This document shows, one piece after another, positions 1-5,369 of a stretch of 64,000 nucleotides of DNA. How positions within the stretch are numbered: the first letter of the stretch is position 1; the number at the start of each line of letters is the position of its first letter. The notes under the pieces are model-generated. The model saw only the letters and a list, made by a program, of their open reading frames with translations. It searched no databases and was not told the DNA's origin. Made by a program: the position numbers and the translations under genes. The DNA lies in contig CANSGN010000010.1 in assembly GCA_947646415.1 (NCBI GenBank), positions 1,399 through 65,398 of the forward strand, written 5' to 3'. This DNA comes from an uncultured Clostridia bacterium. GTDB taxonomy: Bacteria > Bacillota > Clostridia > Christensenellales > UBA3700.

Positions 1-408
1 CAATTTTTTAATCTTCATAAAAACTCCCTTTCTATATCGATATTTTTAAAATAAATATTCAATATATTTACTATAGCATAATAAATAGTTAATTTCAACC
101 CTCAAAACTGCTGTAATATGTAATAAAGCTATATATTTATATAAAATTAAAGTAAGTTTTTTTATTGTTATTTACATTTATTTGGAAATAATGTAAAATA
201 AAAGTAATAGAAGTTTGATAAGGAAATGAAGTTATGACAATAACAAATTTAAAACAATCTCTACAAACAAATTACGGCAAGCTGAAAAGCGCTACAAACG
301 TTATGATTAATCACACTTACCTTTTTACCACATAAGTTATTGGTAGAAAACAAAAACTATTTACTTTTAAATAGTCATTATTTAATAGTTATAAATCTTT
401 GATTAAAC

Positions 409-443
409 AAAATACGCAAGTTAAAAACTTGCGTATTTTGTTG
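409..443. terminator. Rho-independent-type hairpin (AATACGCAAG / CTTGCGTATT) flanked by an A-run and a T-run
   Basis: A perfect 10-bp stem at 411-420/428-437 is followed by TTTTGTTG and preceded by an A-rich tract. Confidence 0.5.
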
Positions 444-758
444 TACAATTTTTGAAGTTATCCTTCTCCAAAGAAAAAAATTCATTAAGAGTTTTAGTGT
501 ATTTTTGCACCGCAAACTTTTTGCGGCAGCAAAAATACTAACTTTTTACAATCTTACACCGAATTATTTGGTATTTTATATATTATACACCTAATTTTTT
601 GAGTTTGTCAAGTAAAATACCGAATTTTTTGGCATTGTGTAGATAATAATAAAATTATAGCTTTATTTCGATTTTTTTCGTAAAAATAAAATAATTTAAT
701 AACTGAAATAAATCACTAAATATTTCTCAAATTTTATTTTTGTAGAGGGGGTAGCAAT

Positions 759-1100
759 ATGGAGTACAATAACAAGCTAAAAGAATTGAGAATATCCAAA
801 GGTTTTTTCCAAAAAGACATTGCAACTAAAATCGGCGTTGCGACAAACACTTATCAATCTTGGGAGCGAGGAATAACTCAACCCGATATTTCCAATTTGA
901 TAAAACTTAGTAATGTTTATGCCTGCTCTGTCGATTACATTATCGGCAAGGAAACCGAGGAAGGTATGATAATGTTTACTAACAACTTAAGTGAAGATGA
1001 AAATATCTTTATCAATACCGTAAGACAACTTAGTCTAAAAGACAAAGGCATTTTGTTTGACTTGGCTTTGACTATGCTTAAAGCAAAAAATATAAAATAA
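759..1100 (+). CDS. XRE-family helix-turn-helix transcriptional regulator
   Basis: 113-aa ORF. It has an N-terminal HTH_3-like segment (LKELRISKGFFQKDIATKIGVATNTYQSWERG). A purine-rich RBS (AGAGGGGG) lies upstream of the ATG. Confidence 0.8.
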   Translation: MEYNNKLKELRISKGFFQKDIATKIGVATNTYQSWERGITQPDISNLIKLSNVYACSVDYIIGKETEEGMIMFTNNLSEDENIFINTVRQLSLKDKGILFDLALTMLKAKNIK

Positions 1101-1248
1101 TAGTATTTTTAATATCAAGCCTTATATCAACACGCAATTATAAAAAGTTTTAATCAAATTATCGGCTCAAATGCTAAGTTTTTGTAAAATTGCTTTATTT
1201 AATATTGTATTTATGTTATAATATATAAAATAATATAGTAGGTGCATT

Positions 1249-1716
1249 ATGCGAAAGTCAAACAGAGAAATACACGGCTTGGATAAAATAGTTGACATTA
1301 TACAAAACACAAATACAATAAGGTTGGGTATAAATGACTCCCCTTACCCTTATGTTGTGCCGGTTTCTTTTGGTTTTGACGTGCAAGATGACAAACTTTG
1401 TTTTTATTTTCATGGTGCAACCATAGGTAAAAAAGTACAGCTTTTAGATAAAAACCCGTTGGTTTGCGTGGAAGGAGACATTTTTCACCGTTATATGGAT
1501 ACGATAAAATCGGTAACTTGCCTTTACGAAAGTTTTATAGCATACGGCAAATGCACTTTACTGAACGGAAATGATGCTATCCACGGCCTAAAACAAATTT
1601 TAAAGCATTGCAATTATTCCGACCACACCTTTAATACGGATGTTTTACCTATAGTAAATGTATATAAAATAGAGGTAGAAAGCATAACCGCAAAACACAG
1701 GACAAAAGATAATTGA
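1249..1716 (+). CDS. Pyridoxamine 5'-phosphate oxidase-family FMN-binding split-barrel protein (NimA-like)
   Basis: 155-aa ORF. The pattern TIRLGINDSPYPYVVPVSFGF...LCFYFHGATIGKK is typical of the PNPOx-like/Nim family. An RBS (TAGGTG) lies upstream. Confidence 0.65.
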   Translation: MRKSNREIHGLDKIVDIIQNTNTIRLGINDSPYPYVVPVSFGFDVQDDKLCFYFHGATIGKKVQLLDKNPLVCVEGDIFHRYMDTIKSVTCLYESFIAYGKCTLLNGNDAIHGLKQILKHCNYSDHTFNTDVLPIVNVYKIEVESITAKHRTKDN

Positions 1717-1920
1717 TATATAATTAAAAATATATAAAATATGATATATAAATATTTTTACAATTATATATCTGCAATGCAGTTTGCTAATCTCTATTTG
1801 TTGTAGATAAACGTAAAATATAATTTGTTAAAAATAAAAAGAAAATTTTAAAATAACACTTACCTATTTACTTGACATTACCGTAAATTTTGTATATACT
1901 TTTTAGGTAACCGAATAAAT

Positions 1921-1997
1921 GGACGATTAGCTCAGCTGGATAGAGCGTTGCGCTACGGACGCAAAGGTCAGGGGTTCGAATCCCTTATCGTTCACCA
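1921..1997 (+). tRNA. tRNA-Arg (anticodon ACG), CCA encoded
   Basis: Hand-folded cloverleaf. Acceptor GGACGAT/ATCGTTC. D arm GCTC-AGCTGGATA-GAGC. Anticodon stem TTGCG/CGCAA with loop CTACGGA. T arm AGGGG-TTCGAAT-CCCTT. Discriminator A followed by CCA. Confidence 0.93.
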
Positions 1998-2010
1998 TAA
2001 GGGAATAAGA

Positions 2011-2049
2011 CGAACTCTTTATTTAGTAAGGAGTTCGGTTTATTTTTTA
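2011..2049 (+). terminator. Rho-independent terminator after tRNA-Arg
   Basis: Stem CGAACTC (2011-2017) / GAGTTCG (2031-2037), followed by GTTTATTTTTT. Confidence 0.7.
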
Positions 2050-2061
2050 TGAATGATTGTT

Positions 2062-2196
2062 ATGGAGTAAAATCAAGACAGTGGAGAAAAAACGGAAAAA
2101 ACTTATTATGTTAGGTCTGGTTGGATGGTTTTTTCAAATGGAAAATTAAAAAGTAATACATTAATAGCAGGATGGTGGTTAAATGAAGTTGTTTGA
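2062..2196 (+). pseudogene. 5'-truncated remnant of the cassette's larger gene (last ~38 codons only)
   Basis: It translates to SGEKTEKTYYVRSGWMVFSNGKLKSNTLIAGWWLNEVV*, against the C-termini of 2709-3326 and 3833-4450. An in-frame TAA lies just upstream and there is no start codon. A 1-nt length difference occurs at the homology boundary. Confidence 0.85.
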
Positions 2197-2551
2197 TAAG
2201 GTTAAAGTGTTGGTTTCAAAGCCAGAATATGAAAAATGGGAAATTTTTAAAGGAATGGTAGGGACAATTATTGATGCAGAAATACGTTTTAGGGCATTTC
2301 AAGTTATCTTTACTGACCCTACACCAGTAACATCAGAAAATTGGGATTATATTGATTTAAAAGATGATATTTTGTGCTATATTCATGTAAAAGATTTGGA
2401 AGTTGTTGAAGAAAGCGATTGCACAGATGAGTATTTGTTAGAAAATTTACCAAATCAAGATATAAGATGGTTTTGTAAGGTGGAGGATGGTTTTATAATC
2501 AACTTGCTTGGCGAAAAATTGAACAAAATACCTTACGATTATGACAGTTAA
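2183..2551 (+). CDS. Cassette small protein, copy A (immunity/antitoxin-like; DUF4926-like N-terminus), orphan
   Basis: 122-aa ORF. Its ATG lies inside the ...AAATGAAGTTGTTTGA overlap with the remnant upstream. It is a paralog of 3313-3675 and 4437-4799. Confidence 0.8.
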   Translation: MKLFDKVKVLVSKPEYEKWEIFKGMVGTIIDAEIRFRAFQVIFTDPTPVTSENWDYIDLKDDILCYIHVKDLEVVEESDCTDEYLLENLPNQDIRWFCKVEDGFIINLLGEKLNKIPYDYDS

Positions 2552-2708
2552 TTTATCAAGAATTTAATTTGATAATTAATTTTATTTTTAACAAGCTTTA
2601 AAATAACATTTTTTTATACAATAATGCAAAAGAATTTGTCATAAAACCATTTAAAAATAATTTTTATGCCTTACAATATAGTTAAAAAATATAATTGTGA
2701 GGTGGAAA

Positions 2709-3326
2709 ATGTTAGCAGAGTGGACAAGCAAATGGATTAAAGTTTTTGACAAATTAAACGATGTTGTCATTGATGATTTTGATTATGAACATGGTATACA
2801 TGGTCTAATAACAACTAAACATTGTGTAAAATGTATTGCAGCAAATCAGTGTTGGTTTGTAGATGAAAAAAATAAAAAACCTGAACAAATGGAATATAGC
2901 TTTGAAGAGATATTAAAGGATACAAAGAATAAAAGAGGGTTGTACCATTATAATTGTCATTGCAAAGAAATAAACATTCCTACCCCCAAAGAATCTGAAA
3001 TAAAATTAATTATTCCCGAAGGAAAAATTGGATGGTTGTTTAAAGATAAAGAGGGATTGGTAAAAAAAGCGTTGGGTTATGAGCCAAATGATGACTTCTT
3101 AGAATATTTTAAAAAACAGGTTTTGAAAAGTTATTGCCAAGGTAAATATTACATATTAGGCATTGATGAACATGGTGTGGCAATAAGTGTTAAAGTAGAA
3201 ATCAACGGCAGTGGAGAAAAAACGGGGAAAACTTATTATGTTAGGTCAGGCTGGATGGTTTTTTCAAATGGAAAATTAAAAAATAATACACTAATAGCAG
3301 GATGGTGGTTAAATGAAGTTGTTTGA
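2709..3326 (+). CDS. Cassette large protein, copy 1 (MuF-like CxxC...HxNCxC knuckle plus a variable C-terminal putative toxin domain)
   Basis: The ORF track starts at GTG 2697. ATG 2709 is preferred because GAGGTGG sits 4-10 nt upstream. Motifs present: HCVKCIAANQCWF and LYHYNCHC. The stop overlaps the next gene's start by 14 nt. Confidence 0.8.
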   Translation: MLAEWTSKWIKVFDKLNDVVIDDFDYEHGIHGLITTKHCVKCIAANQCWFVDEKNKKPEQMEYSFEEILKDTKNKRGLYHYNCHCKEINIPTPKESEIKLIIPEGKIGWLFKDKEGLVKKALGYEPNDDFLEYFKKQVLKSYCQGKYYILGIDEHGVAISVKVEINGSGEKTGKTYYVRSGWMVFSNGKLKNNTLIAGWWLNEVV

Positions 3327-3675
3327 TAAGGTTAAAGTTTTAGAGTCAAGACAAAGATATAGTGAAAGAGAAATATATAAAGGAATGATTGGCACAATAA
3401 TAGATGCTGAAATTAGAGGAAGGACATTTAATGTGATTTTTACTGACCCGACTCCATTTACCGAGGAAACTATGTATTCAATCAAACCCGATATTATTTG
3501 TGCAATTTACATTAAAGACTTGGAAGTTGTAGAAGAGAGCGATTGCACAGATGATTATTTATTGATAAATTTACCAAAACAAAATCCAAAATGGTTTTGT
3601 AAAGTAGAAGATGGATATATAATCAACTTGCTTGGCGAAAAATTGAATAAGATTCCTTATGATTATGACAGTTAA
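3313..3675 (+). CDS. Cassette small protein, copy B (immunity/antitoxin-like)
   Basis: 120-aa ORF. It is translationally coupled by a 14-nt overlap. The KLFDKVKVL...KGM.GTIIDAEI...VIFTDP...KDLEVVE pattern resembles DUF4926. Confidence 0.8.
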   Translation: MKLFDKVKVLESRQRYSEREIYKGMIGTIIDAEIRGRTFNVIFTDPTPFTEETMYSIKPDIICAIYIKDLEVVEESDCTDDYLLINLPKQNPKWFCKVEDGYIINLLGEKLNKIPYDYDS

Positions 3676-3832
3676 TTTATCAAGAATTTAATTTGATAAT
3701 TAATTTTATTTTTAACAAGCTTTAAAATAACATTTTTTTATACAATAATGCAAAAGAATTTGTCATAAAACCATTTAAAAATAATTTTTATGCCTTACAA
3801 TATAGTTAAAAAATATAATTGTGAGGTGGAAA

Positions 3833-4450
3833 ATGTTAGCAGAGTGGACAAGCAAATGGATTAAAGTTTTTGACAAATTAAACGATGTTGTCATTGATGA
3901 TTTTGATTATGAACATGGTATACATGGTCTAATAACAACTAAACATTGTGTAAAATGTATTGCAGCAAATCAGTGTTGGTTTGTGGATGAAAAAAATAAA
4001 AAACCTGAACGAATGGAATATAGCTTTGAAGAGATATTAAAGGATACAAAGAATAAAAGAGGATTATATCATTATAATTGTCATTGCAAAGAAATAAACA
4101 TTCCTGCTCCCAAAGAATCTGAAATAGAATTAATTATTCCCGAAGGAAAAATTGGATGGTTGTTTAATGATAAAGAGGGATTGGTAAAAAAAGCTTTGGG
4201 TTATGAACCAAACGAAGAATTTTTAGAATATTTTAAAAAACAAGTTTTGAAGAGTTATTGTAAAGGACAATATTATATATTAAATATCAATAAGTATGGT
4301 GTATCCATAAGTATTAAAGTTAAAGTTGAAGGTAGTGGAGAAAAAACGGGGAAAACTTATTATGTTAGGTCAGGCTGGATGGTTTTTTCAAATGGAAAAT
4401 TAAAGAGTAATACATTAATAGCAGGATGGTGGTTAAATGAAGTTGTTTGA
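3833..4450 (+). CDS. Cassette large protein, copy 2
   Basis: The ORF track starts at 3821, with ATG 3833 behind GAGGTGG. The first ~100 aa are nearly identical to copy 1. A divergent patch lies at aa ~148-169. Confidence 0.8.
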   Translation: MLAEWTSKWIKVFDKLNDVVIDDFDYEHGIHGLITTKHCVKCIAANQCWFVDEKNKKPERMEYSFEEILKDTKNKRGLYHYNCHCKEINIPAPKESEIELIIPEGKIGWLFNDKEGLVKKALGYEPNEEFLEYFKKQVLKSYCKGQYYILNINKYGVSISIKVKVEGSGEKTGKTYYVRSGWMVFSNGKLKSNTLIAGWWLNEVV

Positions 4451-4799
4451 CAAAGTTAAAGTTTTAGTTTCAAAGCCAGAATATGAAGAGCAAGAAGTTT
4501 ATAAAGGAATGGTAGGGACAATAATTGATGCAGAAATTAGAGGAAGGTCGTTTCATGTGATTTTTACTGACCCCACACCATTTACTGAAGAAACGATGTA
4601 TTCAATTAAACCAGATATTTTATGCGTTATAGATATAAAAGACTTGGAAGTTGTTGAAGAGAGCGATTGCACAGATGATTATTTATTGATAAATTTACCA
4701 AAACAAAATCCAAAATGGTTTTGTAAAGTAGAAGATGGATATATAATCAACTTGCTTGGCGAAAAATTGAATAAGATTCCTTACGATTACGATAGTTGA
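4437..4799 (+). CDS. Cassette small protein, copy C (immunity/antitoxin-like, mosaic of A and B)
   Basis: 120-aa ORF with a 14-nt overlap with 3833-4450. Confidence 0.8.
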   Translation: MKLFDKVKVLVSKPEYEEQEVYKGMVGTIIDAEIRGRSFHVIFTDPTPFTEETMYSIKPDILCVIDIKDLEVVEESDCTDDYLLINLPKQNPKWFCKVEDGYIINLLGEKLNKIPYDYDS

Positions 4800-4906
4800 T
4801 TTATTAGGAATTTCTATTATCTGAAGTTGTCGCCAAGCAGCCCGTAGGGATATTTGACAGCAACTAATGCTAATTCAAACTATTTGTAAAATTTGAAAAT
4901 CTAATG

Positions 4907-4942
4907 GTGCTATGGTCTTAAATGACTATGGCACTATTTTTT
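4907..4942 (+). terminator. Rho-independent terminator closing the cassette array
   Basis: Stem GTGCTATGGTC (4907-4917) / GACTATGGCAC (4924-4934), followed by TATTTTTT. Confidence 0.75.
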
Positions 4943-5231
4943 ATGTGTTTTAATCTAGATTTTTTATGTGTTAAAAACCAATTTAGCCTAAATTGTGCCA
5001 AAATTTGACATTTGTTTTTTGCTATTGCCAATTTTTGGTAATAGTTTTATAAAATTAGTAATCATTATCACTTTTTACATAAATTTTTCTTTTCATATTA
5101 TAATGCTATATGATTTGAATAATTAAACGTATAATAATAACTCTAAGTTTTTTAAACTAAACAAAAGGTATAAAATAAAGTAAAAAGTAGCAAAAATATG
5201 TGATAAAAATTTTACATAGATTTTTACTTGA

Positions 5232-5290
5232 ACACAACATATTGTGGTCAAATTGCCAAAATCTCAAAAAATGACCACAATATATTGATT
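5232..5290 (+). promoter_or_regulatory. Two NrdR-box-like palindromes upstream of nrdD
   Basis: ACACAACATATTGTGG (5232-5247) and CCACAATATATTGATT (5275-5290), compared with the recalled consensus acaCwAtATaTwGtgt. Their centres are ~43 bp apart. Box 2 abuts the -35. Confidence 0.7.
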
Positions 5291-5297
5291 TTTCCTC

Positions 5298-5326
5298 TTG
5301 ACAACGAATATAATTTGTTGTATACT
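5298..5326 (+). promoter_or_regulatory. Sigma-70/SigA-type promoter of nrdDG
   Basis: TTGACA (5298-5303), a 17-nt spacer, then TATACT (5321-5326). RBS AAGGAG lies before the ATG at 5370. Confidence 0.7.
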
Positions 5327-5369
5327 GAATGAGCAATATCAGTAAACCCAAAGAAGAAGGAGAAATTTT

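Larger units (their letters stand above)
2062..4815 (+). repeat. Tandem array (period 1124 bp, about 2.4 copies) of a two-gene cassette plus a 145-bp intergenic spacer
   Basis: 2697-3820 aligns to 3821-4944-equivalent positions at a 1124-bp offset. The spacers 2552-2696 and 3676-3820 look identical by eye. 2062-2196 matches the 3' end of the larger gene. Homology decays about 15 bp after 4799. Confidence 0.95.

Noticed and set aside
1-18. A possible start of a minus-strand gene running off the left edge (AAGGGAG followed by ATGAAGATTAAAAAATTG).
   Set aside because: Only six codons are visible, so it cannot be supported as a feature.
234-335. A 33-codon ORF (MTITNLKQSLQTNYGKLKSATNVMINHTYLFTT) with an AAGGA upstream and a terminator at 409-443.
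   Set aside because: It is too short, there is no recognisable family, and AT-rich intergenic DNA yields such ORFs by chance. Ribosome profiling or conservation data would be needed.
2050-4815. Could the repeat region be a CRISPR array, an IS element or an assembly duplication?
   Set aside because: The period is 1124 bp and fully coding, so this is not the 25-40-bp repeat/spacer structure of a CRISPR array. There are no terminal inverted repeats and no transposase. The copies differ by structured, mostly non-synonymous changes, so it is not a simple assembly duplication. Copy number should still be verified with long reads.
1700-5100. An integrase or prophage associated with the tRNA-Arg flank.
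   Set aside because: No tyrosine or serine recombinase-like ORF, and no duplicate of the tRNA 3' end, is visible on either side. The islet cannot be called an integrative element from this window.
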